Shown: positions 37,786 to 48,185 of the stretch, in pieces
Numbering within the stretch: position 1 is the stretch's first letter
How the letters are laid out: each line of letters begins with the position of its first letter
Source: a bacterium
GTDB taxonomy: Bacteria; Krumholzibacteriota; Krumholzibacteriia; LZORAL124-64-63
NCBI GenBank assembly: GCA_016703265.1
Contig: JADJCK010000004.1
Coordinates: 205,520-269,519, forward strand
DNA: 64,000 nt
Reading direction: 5' to 3'
The notes under the pieces: generated by a model
What the model was told of the DNA's origin: nothing
Databases searched by the model: none
The model's input: only the letters and a program-made list of their open reading frames with translations
Program-made: the position numbers and the translations under genes

Positions 37786-38085
37786 TCAATTTCGACGCCG
37801 AACGTGACCCTCAATCGCTCTGATGCCAGCAAGCATCCGCTCCCTGGCCGCCGCATTGGCCGAATGGACGGCGATCTTCGGCGGTGAGAATTCGCGCAAA
37901 GCCACTTCCTCCTCGATCCAGAGGATCACGTCGTATCCCGTTCCCCTCGCATCGTCTCCCAGGTCATGATCCAGACTCAGCTCCTGTACGGCGCCGGTCT
38001 TGAGAAGTTCGATGGCTTCTGACGGCCAGTACACGCGAATCCAGCCTTCCGGCGCTGCGCGCTCGTCATCCAGAAAGACCTTCAT
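37786..38085 (-). CDS. stand-alone cyclic-phosphate RNA repair-associated receiver-like (CPR) domain protein
   Basis: 99 aa. MKVFLDDERAAPEGW...ELSLDHDLG...GTGYDVILWIEE...IAVHSANAAARERM; Rossmann-like receiver pattern of the kind described next to RtcB. Confidence 0.55.
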   Translation of the reverse strand: MKVFLDDERAAPEGWIRVYWPSEAIELLKTGAVQELSLDHDLGDDARGTGYDVILWIEEEVALREFSPPKIAVHSANAAARERMLAGIRAIEGHVRRRN

Positions 38086-38139
38086 GCCGCACCGCTCCTT
38101 CTGGGCGTCGAGGCCCCTGGGCGCTGCCGCGCGCCGGGC

Positions 38140-38787
38140 CTATTGCCCTGCACGCCGCCCGCCCCGCGCGCGGAAATCTGCGCCCTCGTACACCCGAATC
38201 GGATTCCCTCTCTCCAACTGATCGTGCCCCTCCCAGCGCTGCTGCCTGGCAGCATCCAACTGGCGCTCACCGCTGCGGTGCACCAGAATCGCCAACCGTT
38301 CCAGCGCGCGCTTGCGATTGGCGATCTGGGATCGTTCATCGCGAGCGATGGCCACCAGCCCTGTCGGGACATGGACAGCGCGGACGGCCGACTCCGTGGT
38401 GTTCACGTGCTGTCCGCCGGGACCCGAGGCGCGCATCACTTCAATCCGTACATCCCGCTCGGAGAACACCGGTGTCGCGGGTACGGGGACGCGCCGCACG
38501 CCGACAAACCAGTTCTTTCGCTTGTTTTCGGGCCGGAAGCGCGAGGTGCCGATCCACTGGACGGTGCCCTCAAGGGTCGCAGCAAAGGCGGCGCAGTCAT
38601 CGCCGGACAGGTGAATCAGAGCCGAGAGGAGCGTGCCGGGTTCCGGCCCGGGCTCGGTTTCGATCAGTTCGGCGTTGAGTTCGGCCCCACGCGCCTCCAT
38701 GAGGAGCACTTCGACCAGCTGTGCGGCCACCCAGGCGCACTCCACCGGCCCGCGGCCGGATGTGATCTGAATCAGCTCTGTGCTCAT
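38140..38787 (-). CDS. prfH: peptide chain release factor H (PrfH), GGQ-containing RF paralog
   Basis: SGPGGQHVNTTESAVRAVH motif. 215 aa, lacking the RF N-terminal domain. Start overlaps the rtcB2 stop. Confidence 0.85.
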   Translation of the reverse strand: MSTELIQITSGRGPVECAWVAAQLVEVLLMEARGAELNAELIETEPGPEPGTLLSALIHLSGDDCAAFAATLEGTVQWIGTSRFRPENKRKNWFVGVRRVPVPATPVFSERDVRIEVMRASGPGGQHVNTTESAVRAVHVPTGLVAIARDERSQIANRKRALERLAILVHRSGERQLDAARQQRWEGHDQLERGNPIRVYEGADFRARGGRRAGQ

Positions 38788-39941
38788 CTTTCCCTGACCT
38801 TGTACGTCAACACGGGGGTGAACGAGGCGATGACCCGGATCAGGCCGAACGTCTGCATGTTCTCGATGATCGTCTCGATGTCCTTATAGGCCTGGGGGGC
38901 TTCTTCGTACAGCAGGCTCTTGTCTTCGCAGATGACGTAGCTCCCCACGCCGGTCCGGCGCAGCGAGTCGGCGCTGTAGCGCTCCCGCAAGCGGCCCTCG
39001 CATTCCGAGCGGCTCCATTTGCGGCCGGCTCCGTGGGCCACGGACCAGAGATTCGGCTCCTGTTCGCCGCTCGGCATCACCAGATAGCTGGCTGCTCCGC
39101 GTGATCCTGGGATGACAACGGCGCCGGCATCAGAGGGGGCTGCGCCTTTGCGGTGCAGACAACAGGGCCCATCGTCGGTCGCCACCTGAGTGACGGAATT
39201 GTGCACCAGATCCACCACGCGGCGGTATCCGCTCCCCAACTGTTCGAGAAAGCGCAGCGCGATCAGTTCCCGGTTGGCGCCCGCCCAGCCAATGGCATTC
39301 TGGTGACGTTCCAGGTAGATCGCGGCTTCCTCGCCGCCGGCGGCCAGACTGCCATCGCGGAACCGGGTTGTATGGGCCCGCAGCAACGCTTCGCCGAGTC
39401 CGCGGGAGCCTGAATGCACCAACAGCGCAAGTGCGTCCTTCTTCAAGCCCAGCGACTGGAATGTCTCGGGGTCCGGGATATCCTTCGCGCGCAGGAGTTC
39501 CGCAAAGTGGTTGCCGCCACCGATCGTGCCCACAGATCTGGCATGGCCCTCTTCCCGGGCCCCACGCTCTTCGAGCCAAGCAACCGCATCGCCATCCCAC
39601 GGCTCTTCCAGATGGCAGAGCTTCTTGGACCATCTTTCCGGCTTGGCTCTGGCCACCTCAAGATCGGTCGCGAACAGCCCCATACCGCAACCCACGTCCG
39701 AACCGACCAGATGGGGATAGAACTCCAGCCTCGAAAGCATGGCGGCGCCAACCGGCGAGCCCTTTCCCGGGTGCAGGTCCGGGAAGCCCGCAACCCTGAC
39801 CATGCCGGACAAAGCGGCCACCCGCTCCAGCTGGCGAAGCGCTTCGCCCTCGATTCGGGCGTCAGAGGTGGCGAAGAGTGAGATCGGCTTGTCGTTCACG
39901 GGATGCGTTCCTTCTGTATTTCGATCGGCTTGGCTCGGCAC
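38784..39941 (-). CDS. rtcB: RtcB2, PrfH-associated RtcB-family RNA ligase
   Basis: FPDLHPGKGSPVG, GSDVGCGM, GGGNHFAELL, HRKGA motifs. Immediately upstream of prfH. Confidence 0.85.
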   Translation of the reverse strand: MPSQADRNTEGTHPVNDKPISLFATSDARIEGEALRQLERVAALSGMVRVAGFPDLHPGKGSPVGAAMLSRLEFYPHLVGSDVGCGMGLFATDLEVARAKPERWSKKLCHLEEPWDGDAVAWLEERGAREEGHARSVGTIGGGNHFAELLRAKDIPDPETFQSLGLKKDALALLVHSGSRGLGEALLRAHTTRFRDGSLAAGGEEAAIYLERHQNAIGWAGANRELIALRFLEQLGSGYRRVVDLVHNSVTQVATDDGPCCLHRKGAAPSDAGAVVIPGSRGAASYLVMPSGEQEPNLWSVAHGAGRKWSRSECEGRLRERYSADSLRRTGVGSYVICEDKSLLYEEAPQAYKDIETIIENMQTFGLIRVIASFTPVLTYKVRER

Positions 39942-40110
39942 CAGGGATGTCCTCGGGGTGAACTTCCGTTTTCGTCATGTCGCAGGCATGCGGACCATTG
40001 TGACAGACGGCGTCACTTTGAATCGAACAGGGTATGCGGTTCCGAAGGCAGTGATTCGATCTCCTCGACTCGCCGGTGGTCTGTTGTCGCGATCGGCGGG
40101 CTCCAGGGCT

Positions 40111-40470
40111 CTACTCATAGATCTTGCCACAATAGAGCATGACTGCGAACTGCTTCCAGGGATTGTCAGGCGACAGCTCGCCGAAATCGGTGTCTTCAGC
40201 CCATCTGGCGGCCGCGCTCAGGAACGTGTCGATCTTCGTGTTTTCCCACCCACCCGCGTCCGGCCCATACCGTGAACTCGGCTCGGCGCGCTCGGCCGTG
40301 ATCGCGCGCTTGCGATCCTCAATCAGTGCCTGGACGAATACGAGTAGGGTCTGGGAATCACAGACATCATCAAGCACCTCGTGCAGCTCTTTGCGCGGCG
40401 GCTCCACGGGTTGCGGTACGGATCTCGACACTCTCTTGGCGCGTTTTTGCGAGGACATGGATTCACTCAC
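40111..40470 (-). CDS. hypothetical protein (119 aa)
   Basis: ORF only; acidic C-terminus. Confidence 0.4.
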   Translation of the reverse strand: MSESMSSQKRAKRVSRSVPQPVEPPRKELHEVLDDVCDSQTLLVFVQALIEDRKRAITAERAEPSSRYGPDAGGWENTKIDTFLSAAARWAEDTDFGELSPDNPWKQFAVMLYCGKIYE

Positions 40471-42355
40471 TCTTCTGATGTTCTGCCGTCACAACTGTCT
40501 CGTCGAGGACTGCCGTCTCCCAGCGACCGTAGAGCGTCCTCCACATCCCGGGCACCACCCAACCGAGCGCGTAGCGAAGCCTCGGCTCCGGATTGAGATG
40601 CCGCGGAATGAGAATCTCGTTCCCGCCCTCGGCCGTGAAGAGCCTGCCCGCGCCGTCGCCCGGCAACCGGCACACCACGGGACCAGGCGCCTCGCCGTCG
40701 AATACAGGACGGATGACGATGTGGCTTCCGCGCACGCCAACGACCGCCGACAGTTGAGGTATGCGCTCGAAGAGATCCCGCTCACGATGCGCGAAGTCTC
40801 TCGTTGCCTCCGCCTGTCGGCCCAGAACGCGCTCCAGGTCGATGCCCGCCCCCTGAGCGGTGTCGTACCACCACGCCGCGCCCGTGAGGTCGTGCCGAGC
40901 GCCGGGCCGCGCCATGCTCCCAAGAAGCCGTGCCGGCGCGTCCTTGCCGTAGGCATCAACGAGGGCCCGGAAGAACGATTCCCCCAGGGCATAGACCACC
41001 GCATCGTCGCGCTCTTCACACAATCGCTCGTCGTCGGACAGCAGATCGAATGCGACCGGATCCTTGACCTCAATGGCCGCCGCATAGCGTCGCAACTCCT
41101 CAAGACCGGCCGGATAGAGTTGGTGTTCCACAAACGTCGCCAGTCCTTCGTGCGCAAACCTGGTTGACGCCCAATGCTTCGCCATGGCACCTTTGCTCAG
41201 TTTTTCCACATACACGTGCGCCGTCTCGTGGGCGAGGACCGCCCGCACTGCGCTGTCCCCCAAAGCACGCTCGAGCGGAATCCTGATCTTCGTCCAGTGC
41301 GCATCCCCAAGAACGCCGTCCCGACTCTCGCCCCCCAGATCCGCCACGATTCTTATGTCAAGTGGCGGACACTGCAGGGCCAACGCCACAGCTTCGCAAA
41401 TGCTGTCCGCCGCAGCTATCAGGCCTCTTGCGTCCGTCTTCTGGGACGTGCGATAGACGAACTCGTAGTAGCGCGTTTCCTGCCTCTGGAATGCCGCCTC
41501 ACCGCCTGGATGGCGTTCATCCTGTGTGTCATTGTCACTGCCGCCGTCGCCCAGCGCAACCATTCCCACGATCCAGATCACTGGCAGCGACCACGTCCCG
41601 ATGCGCGCAGCGCCAGCAGCCAGCGCTCGCCGGCGCGGGGAACGAAGTCCACCGCCACCAGGCCATGCATTGAGTTGGCTGAATCCGACTGTGACTAACG
41701 CAACAGCCGTCACGGCGAGGCCAGCGTACAGAAGACTCTGTCGCCAAGCGACGGGTGCCGGTGGATCCGCAAGTGCGGCGCCAAGGTATCGGCTTGGGTC
41801 CACGTAGGCGATCACCTTCCAGTCGGCTTCGCGCAGCCACATGAAGCCCCAGATCACCGCTGCCGACACCAGGGCGTACCATTTTCCGGCGAGCGAGATC
41901 ATCAGGGCGACGCTATAGATGGCGATCGCGACAATCAGCAACTGCGCCAGCACCCCCATTTGCGTTCCAGCGTGAAGCGGGGCATCCAGCGAGGTCTTCG
42001 TCCACGCCTGCTGCACCAGATCGTAACCACGCTGGGGCAAGATCATGAGTACGATGGCGCCGGCGCCGGCGCACCACTTGGCCAGGAGCACCCGGGTGCG
42101 CCCGACCGGAAGCGTGTCCAGGAACTTCAGTGTGCCGTCGCGGGCCTCAGCTCCGGTCTGGCCGGCAGCTATCAGGAATGCTACCAAGACGATCCACAGC
42201 ACCCATTCATCCACGAACTCTGATTGAGGGCTCGCATCGGGCATATCCAGGAACTCCGTGCCCATGACAAAGACGAAGTCCACGAGCCAGATCGCCGCCG
42301 CGAGCATGAGCGCCGGCGCGACGGCACGGAGTTCCTTGCGAATCAATTGTCGCAT
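40463..42355 (-). CDS. ABC-2 family permease fused to a C-terminal HExxH (M1 aminopeptidase-like) domain
   Basis: ATG at 42355 overlapping the upstream stop. Six TM helices, then AHETAHVY...HEGLATFVEHQ. Confidence 0.6.
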   Translation of the reverse strand: MRQLIRKELRAVAPALMLAAAIWLVDFVFVMGTEFLDMPDASPQSEFVDEWVLWIVLVAFLIAAGQTGAEARDGTLKFLDTLPVGRTRVLLAKWCAGAGAIVLMILPQRGYDLVQQAWTKTSLDAPLHAGTQMGVLAQLLIVAIAIYSVALMISLAGKWYALVSAAVIWGFMWLREADWKVIAYVDPSRYLGAALADPPAPVAWRQSLLYAGLAVTAVALVTVGFSQLNAWPGGGGLRSPRRRALAAGAARIGTWSLPVIWIVGMVALGDGGSDNDTQDERHPGGEAAFQRQETRYYEFVYRTSQKTDARGLIAAADSICEAVALALQCPPLDIRIVADLGGESRDGVLGDAHWTKIRIPLERALGDSAVRAVLAHETAHVYVEKLSKGAMAKHWASTRFAHEGLATFVEHQLYPAGLEELRRYAAAIEVKDPVAFDLLSDDERLCEERDDAVVYALGESFFRALVDAYGKDAPARLLGSMARPGARHDLTGAAWWYDTAQGAGIDLERVLGRQAEATRDFAHRERDLFERIPQLSAVVGVRGSHIVIRPVFDGEAPGPVVCRLPGDGAGRLFTAEGGNEILIPRHLNPEPRLRYALGWVVPGMWRTLYGRWETAVLDETVVTAEHQKSE

Positions 42356-43935
42356 CACGAATCGGACCTCCGTGCCGTGTCTGCGCTTGCAGAGCGCCAT
42401 TCGGCCCATTCGGCCACGAAGTCCTCCAAAGTGGCCCCGGTGGCGCGCCGCCAGCGGAGCGAAACCGGGTGTGCCGCGTCCCGGATTGACGCCACGGCAT
42501 TGCGGCGCACTTCACGGCCGAGAACGTCGCCGAGGAATGTCCTCAAGGCTACGGAACCATAGCGTTGTGCAGCGAACCTGAGTCCGCCTGCTGCCATGGA
42601 GCCCGCTTCATCAGCGCCTACCCGTTCACGCAATGTCAGCCAGGCATCCAGGTCGTGACGATCAACGACTTCCATATCTGCCCTGCCGCAATCCCCGGCG
42701 TCGGCGATGGCGGAATCGACGCCGGCAACCGTTCCAGGCCACCAGGACACGAACCCGTCCAGTACCCACGACGTCTGCTCGCGCTCCAGCCGCCCGAGGC
42801 TCCGGGCCAGGAGTGCTTCCCGAATCACGCGCGCTCGGAGCTCCTCGCCCTCGCCGGCCAGCAGACGCAGATCCAACCTCAGCATCACGCCCTGTTCGTG
42901 AACTATGTCGCCAGGACTGATCTCATGTGGAAGCATGTTTCGACGGTGCACGAGATGTACCGGCGGCAGGTCCTCACAGTCCAGATAAGTGGCCAATCGG
43001 TCGAGATCCCCGCTTATCCATTGCGCCACCCGTTCCATTGCGGCCTGCTCCTCCGGTAGCAGATCACCGACAGCAGACGCCACGACGACGCGCGTACGCA
43101 GGCTGACGATCTCTACGGCGCCGGGGAACTGGAGGGGGCGATTGTGCTTTCGATTCTCGTCGTACGTGAAGCGTATGATTGCAATCGCGAGCAGCAGACT
43201 GATGATCACCGTACGCTCCCTGGAGGACATTCGCTGCGCCAGCGCCGGGCCCAGGTGCCCCCCGAAACCCGCTCCCAGCGCGAACGCCACAGAGATCCAG
43301 ACCAGGCTGGCAAAAGCAGCCACAAGCAGAGCGACCACTGGAAAGTCGTAGCGCTCGTAAGCGAAATCGGAACCCACGAGAGCCCAAGGCATCGCGTGTT
43401 CAAAGCCGCGGGCGGGCAGGGTTGGCATGAACACCAGGACGGCAATCGTCACCACGACAACTGCGAGCCGGTAGCGCCCGGTGAAGGCCCAGGCGAATGT
43501 GAAGCTGTACACGAGACCGGCATGAGCGAAGGACCGGGCTGCGATGATCGCAATCTGCCGCGCCGTCACGGCATCTGTTGTTCTGCCGGCCCAGACGGCC
43601 AGGCCCAAACCGACCGCCAGTCCCAAACCGACCGCCGCTATTCCCAGTATGAACTTGATGGCAACCATACGGCTGCGTGAGATCGGAATGCCGTCAATGA
43701 AGACATGAACCGGATGATGGTACTCCGAGGCAACCAGAGCCTGGGCCAGCACGAGACAGCTGATGGGCAGCAGACTGAAATGGAGCAGCCGCAGAGCTTC
43801 CAGCGGCGTGTCGTTGGACTTCCCGATCACCGGCAGCGCGGCTATCAGCAGTACGCTCCCCGCAATCACGAGTACAGTGGCGAGGAGCAGGCCGCGGTGC
43901 TGGCGCCATTCCTTGACGAGAATTCCGTACGTCAT
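42355..43935 (-). CDS. ABC-2 family permease with C-terminal soluble domain
   Basis: Hydrophobic N-terminal half. Start overlaps the ATPase stop. Confidence 0.6.
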   Translation of the reverse strand: MTYGILVKEWRQHRGLLLATVLVIAGSVLLIAALPVIGKSNDTPLEALRLLHFSLLPISCLVLAQALVASEYHHPVHVFIDGIPISRSRMVAIKFILGIAAVGLGLAVGLGLAVWAGRTTDAVTARQIAIIAARSFAHAGLVYSFTFAWAFTGRYRLAVVVVTIAVLVFMPTLPARGFEHAMPWALVGSDFAYERYDFPVVALLVAAFASLVWISVAFALGAGFGGHLGPALAQRMSSRERTVIISLLLAIAIIRFTYDENRKHNRPLQFPGAVEIVSLRTRVVVASAVGDLLPEEQAAMERVAQWISGDLDRLATYLDCEDLPPVHLVHRRNMLPHEISPGDIVHEQGVMLRLDLRLLAGEGEELRARVIREALLARSLGRLEREQTSWVLDGFVSWWPGTVAGVDSAIADAGDCGRADMEVVDRHDLDAWLTLRERVGADEAGSMAAGGLRFAAQRYGSVALRTFLGDVLGREVRRNAVASIRDAAHPVSLRWRRATGATLEDFVAEWAEWRSASADTARRSDS

Positions 43936-44862
43936 GACGAGGCTGCCGGCGCGCGTACGAACGCCACAAAGATGTCCTCAAGCGACAGCGGTACGCGGGT
44001 CGATCCTGGAGGCAACGTGTCGTCCGACCACGCACCAGAGCGCGAGTGCAGTGTGACTCGCCGCATCTCGTCAATGGTGGCGTCGTTCCAGATAGCGAGA
44101 TCGTTGTTCTGCGGCAGGTCGGCGCCAACCGGCACGAGGTATTGCCGCACACGATCGCGAAGCTCAGCCATCGCGCCCTCGAAGCGCATACGTCCCTGAT
44201 GGATGATGCCGACGCGATCCGCACAGCGCTCCACCTCGTCGATCAGATGGGACGAGAACAGGGTTGTGCATCCGCGTTGGCGGGCTTGCTGCGTCACGAG
44301 CTCCATGAACTCACGGCGAGCGAGCGGATCCAGCCCGGCCGTGGGTTCGTCCAGGACCAGCAGATCGGGGTGGGGCGCCACCGCGAGGGCCAGAGCCAGT
44401 TTGGCCGTCATGCCCCCCGACAGCTCGCTGCACCGCCGTCGCTCCGGGATATCGAAGATCCTGAGCAGGCGGGCGAACTCCGCTCCGTCCCAAGTGGGGT
44501 AGCAGGCGCCGACGAAACGGCCCAGATCGGCACATGTCATCCACGGATAGAAGTGTTGTTCCTGAGAGACGTAGCCAATACGTCGCTTTTCCTGGATGGA
44601 AACCCGCCGTATAGGCCTGCCGAGCAGCTTGAATGTGCCGGCGTCAGCCGAGAGGATTCCCATCAAGAGACGAATTGTAGTAGTCTTGCCGGCGCCGTTG
44701 ACGCCGAGAAAGCCGTAGATCTCGCCACAGCGCACCGTAAGATCGACTCCGTCGACCGCGGCAAACTTGCCGAAGCTGCGCCTCAGTCCGCGTACTTCCA
44801 GGAATGCCGCTGCGCCATCCGAAGTCGCCACCAGTGGGCTCGGTTCGTTGGGCAAGTGCACG
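43932..44862 (-). CDS. ABC transporter ATP-binding protein
   Basis: GVNGAGKTT (Walker A), LSGGMTAKLALA (signature), LLVLDEPTAGLD (Walker B). GTG at 44862 with GGAGTGAG Shine-Dalgarno; ORF extends to 45017. Confidence 0.8.
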
Positions 44863-45445
44863 TCACTCACTCCTCGGGTTCGCGGACCATCCCGGATCGA
44901 TCCGAATCGATCGGCGCCTGTCGTCATCTGCCTTGGTGGCCCGGGTTTCTGAAAATCCACGGCGCGGGTTTCGCGGGTACGGTCGGCCGTAGGCGCTCCC
45001 TGGGCGCGAACCAGCATCGGCGATCTTGTGAGTTATCGTCAACTGCCGATCGACGTTGCCCTGTTGCCGACGGACGCGTGGACTGCGGGCTCCTGATCCG
45101 GCTGCGCGCGGCAACCAATTCGTGAATCTGATTCAACGGCCTGACTCTCAGCAGCTTCAGCGTGAAACGCGAACAGATCCGGCAGCATTTTCTTGTAGCA
45201 TGAGCGGGCAAGAAGGCAGGGAGAACGCGGCGAGACACATCTGCCCGTGTTTGAGACCGTCCGCCGACCCCGTCCAGGGCGCTTCGGTGCCCGGGTTTCT
45301 TGCCGCTATCGGGGCACCGCAAAGCGGCCGCCCCGCGGCTTCAGCGACTCGCTCTGTCACACGAACTGCCAACTGGCGACTATCACATCACGGCCCACGC
45401 CGACGCAGTAGCCAATTGTCGAGCCAATCCCAGGCGAGGTTAATC

Positions 45446-46216
45446 ATGAATCGATCACCTTTGGTTTCGGCCGCCTACCGGACGGCCTTCGTCGCGCTCG
45501 CGCTTCTTGGCATCCTCGGTGTCCAGCGAGCGCAGGCCGGTAGCGCCTCTGTGCGCGAGCTCTATGCCCTTCAGAAGTTCGATGACGTGATCGTTGCGTG
45601 TCGCGGGAAAACCGATCACGAGAGCACGATCATGCGCGCCCTGGCCCTGTCGGAGAAGGCCGCCCTCTACAGGCAGTCGGTCGACAAGAAAGACCTGGAC
45701 GCCGCAACTAAGAGCCTGAAGGACGAGCTGGCGGCCGCCGATCTGGAGCTGCTGGCCGATCTGGCGGCGATCTCCACCAACCCCAACGGATCCGCACTGG
45801 CGACCAAGCTGATGCAGGGCGTCCTACAGCGCGTGTCGACGCTCGAGGACATGAATCTTGTCGTAGAAGCGCTGAAAGCCAATCCGGGCCCACTGGGTAC
45901 GGAGGCCGCCCTCAAGTCCGTGGCACGCCATCTCGACTACGTGCGCGCCTATGTTAACGACGGGGGCACCATGCCTGAACCGGAGCGCCTGTTCTTCGCC
46001 CGTGAAGATCTGATAGCTCTGCTTGTGGGCCAGCTTGAGACCAAGGGTTGCGCGTCCGTCGCCCAGAAGTGCTTGGTGTTGATCGAGGAACCCGCGTTGA
46101 TGCCCTGCGAGAGCCGCGGCGGCGAGGCCGCGCTGGAGACGGCGCGCAAGATCCGCGCCGCCATAGCGACTCGGGAGAAGAAGCTGCCGGGAAGCGCCTG
46201 GCATGGGAAGCACTGA
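45446..46216 (+). CDS. secreted hypothetical protein
   Basis: ATG at 45446 with AGGCGAGG Shine-Dalgarno. Signal peptide MNRSPLVSAAYRTAFVALALLGILGVQRAQA. Confidence 0.55.
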   Translation: MNRSPLVSAAYRTAFVALALLGILGVQRAQAGSASVRELYALQKFDDVIVACRGKTDHESTIMRALALSEKAALYRQSVDKKDLDAATKSLKDELAAADLELLADLAAISTNPNGSALATKLMQGVLQRVSTLEDMNLVVEALKANPGPLGTEAALKSVARHLDYVRAYVNDGGTMPEPERLFFAREDLIALLVGQLETKGCASVAQKCLVLIEEPALMPCESRGGEAALETARKIRAAIATREKKLPGSAWHGKH

Positions 46217-46560
46217 CACCCGCCAGCGACGGAGGTCACGATCCCCTTGGCATAGTGATCGAAGGCGCGAAGTTCCTTGACGGCGTGCTGGAGTAGGCCG
46301 CCGGGCAAGAGGTCATACACAACACATGGCCATTGCTCTAAATGACACGTGGTCACCCCGCGTCGTCGGCCACACTCCAGCCGACGCCTTTGACTGTGAT
46401 GTCCTCGGCGAACTATCACGAACGCCGCGCAAACTGGACTGTCACACGCCCGTAGTCGCAGCGACAAACATCGCTGTTGGCGCTGAGGCCGCACACCGGC
46501 CACGCAGCCAGATCGAGCAGATCATCGCGGGGCAACGAGATCAAACAGGGAGCACGAGAC

Positions 46561-46830
46561 ATGAGACAGGATGCAATGCGCAGGCTGAAGTTCGGAATGA
46601 TTTGGCTGGTCGGGGGGATCATTGTGACCGTCGGTTCCTTTGCGGTTGCCGAGGACGGCGGCAGCTACGTCGTGGCTTGGGGAGCCATCGCCTGGGGAGT
46701 GATCCAGGTGCTGCGCGGGCTGGTGGGTATCGCCAGGTCATCGCGCGAGCACGCCGACCCGTCTGTGGGTGGCATCGTGGGATCAGCGGTTTCCGCCGGC
46801 TTCGAGCGCGCCAAGAGGGGCGACGACTGA
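46561..46830 (+). CDS. small two-helix membrane protein
   Basis: ATG at 46561 after GGGAG. IWLVGGIIVTVGSFAVA and WGAIAWGVIQVL hydrophobic helices. Confidence 0.4.
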   Translation: MRQDAMRRLKFGMIWLVGGIIVTVGSFAVAEDGGSYVVAWGAIAWGVIQVLRGLVGIARSSREHADPSVGGIVGSAVSAGFERAKRGDD

Positions 46831-47070
46831 TTCCGAGCGTGAATCCTCCCCTGATCGCGCTGAACGCCGCGGGGATTGAGCCACAAGATGAGTGCCCCGC
46901 CGTGATTCACCGTGTCCATCGCCAACCCCTCGCGATAGCCCTCTGACACCCCCTGAATGTATCCCCCACCTGGGCGCCGTATCCGCCCTGCGCGGCTCGT
47001 CTAATGCACCACGGGCACCTGCTCAAGTTCGAATGAAGGAGTTCGCGGCTGAAGGAGGCCGCGGCCCGGG

Positions 47071-47099
47071 TTGCAAACCGCGGCACGCGTGCCTAGAAT
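47071..47099 (+). promoter_or_regulatory. near-consensus sigma70 promoter TTGCAA-N17-TAGAAT
   Basis: TTGCAA at 47071-47076, 17-nt spacer, TAGAAT at 47094-47099. About 150-nt GC-rich leader before the ORF at 47259. Confidence 0.45.
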
Positions 47100-47258
47100 G
47101 CGACCGTCCAGTCGGGGCCGGGTGGAGGAAGTTGACCTGGCCACAGGTAGGGGACGTTGGGGTGGCCGCCGGGGGCGGCGGTCATCGGGCCAGAATCGGT
47201 GTCAGAAAGCGACTATTAGCTGGAGCGGTTCTTCGTCTCAATCAGGTGACGACCGACA

Positions 47259-47558
47259 ATGACCTTTGACTCCCTGTATTCCAGATTCGCCTGGCAACCT
47301 ATTCGCGATTGCCCCGGCCGGTTCGTCTTGCGCGGGGTCACGGCGACCGTTGGGCTTGTGGATCTGCTTGACGAGACGATGGTCGCTCGGCGTTTTGATT
47401 CGGTGCATGCGAAGGATGCCGTCTGGGTCGCTCGGTTCGACGATGGCGGGGTGATTTCGTATCAGCGAGGCGATGGGACCTGGCTGCACACGCTCTGCAC
47501 GCCGGCGGGACTTGAGCGCAAGCTAAGGCAGCTAGAAATCCCCTACAGCGACTCTTGA
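47259..47558 (+). CDS. hypothetical protein (99 aa)
   Basis: ATG with AGGTGA Shine-Dalgarno. Confidence 0.5.
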   Translation: MTFDSLYSRFAWQPIRDCPGRFVLRGVTATVGLVDLLDETMVARRFDSVHAKDAVWVARFDDGGVISYQRGDGTWLHTLCTPAGLERKLRQLEIPYSDS

Positions 47559-47634
47559 TCTTGCCGGCGCGCGGCGCCATGAAAAATGGTGGCGGCAATG
47601 CGGCTCCAAGGCATGCTTACAGAAATGCGCCCCC

Positions 47635-48165
47635 TCAACCTGGTTTCGCCTCCAAGAGCTGTCCGACCTTCTCTATCAGCACGGCAACGTCATTTCTGGC
47701 ATGTTCAATGAATTCCAGATCGGAAGCACGCGCATCCCCAACAAATAGATCTATTGCGTAACCAACTCCGGGAGTGATTGCGTAGAGAACCTCGCCCTCG
47801 TCAGGGTGGGCGGGATCAGGAATGTGAATAGCCCACGGGTTAGTGCTTGCTGACTTGTATCTCTCAGTGATCTCCATCAACTCGGACTTGGTCATGGAAA
47901 TTTCTTTGAACTGAGAAAGAAGCCTAGGTATATCACTGCGCGCCGCCACGATGAAGTGCAAGTCCTCGCCGGGTCCCCCGGGGATTTCAATATAGTCACC
48001 AGTCGTGGGTTTTCCCGGCTTGTGTCCAACGACAATGGTGCTGGTATGACTGTCGGACGGGCCTTCGGGTTTGGCCCACCAGGGCAACTTCGTCGCAGCA
48101 CCGCAGCGACAGGCGATCTCCAGAAGAACTGGATCGTTCATTGCGCATCTCTTGTCAGATTGCAT
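47635..48165 (-). CDS. hypothetical protein (176 aa)
   Basis: ORF with coding-like composition, abutting the IS3 remnant. Confidence 0.45.
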   Translation of the reverse strand: MQSDKRCAMNDPVLLEIACRCGAATKLPWWAKPEGPSDSHTSTIVVGHKPGKPTTGDYIEIPGGPGEDLHFIVAARSDIPRLLSQFKEISMTKSELMEITERYKSASTNPWAIHIPDPAHPDEGEVLYAITPGVGYAIDLFVGDARASDLEFIEHARNDVAVLIEKVGQLLEAKPG

Positions 48166-48185
48166 TGTGCCTCCAATTGTCCCAG

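Noticed and set aside
44046-45125. 359-aa +strand ORF antisense to the ABC ATPase gene
   Set aside because: Walker A/B and signature motifs are on the minus strand.
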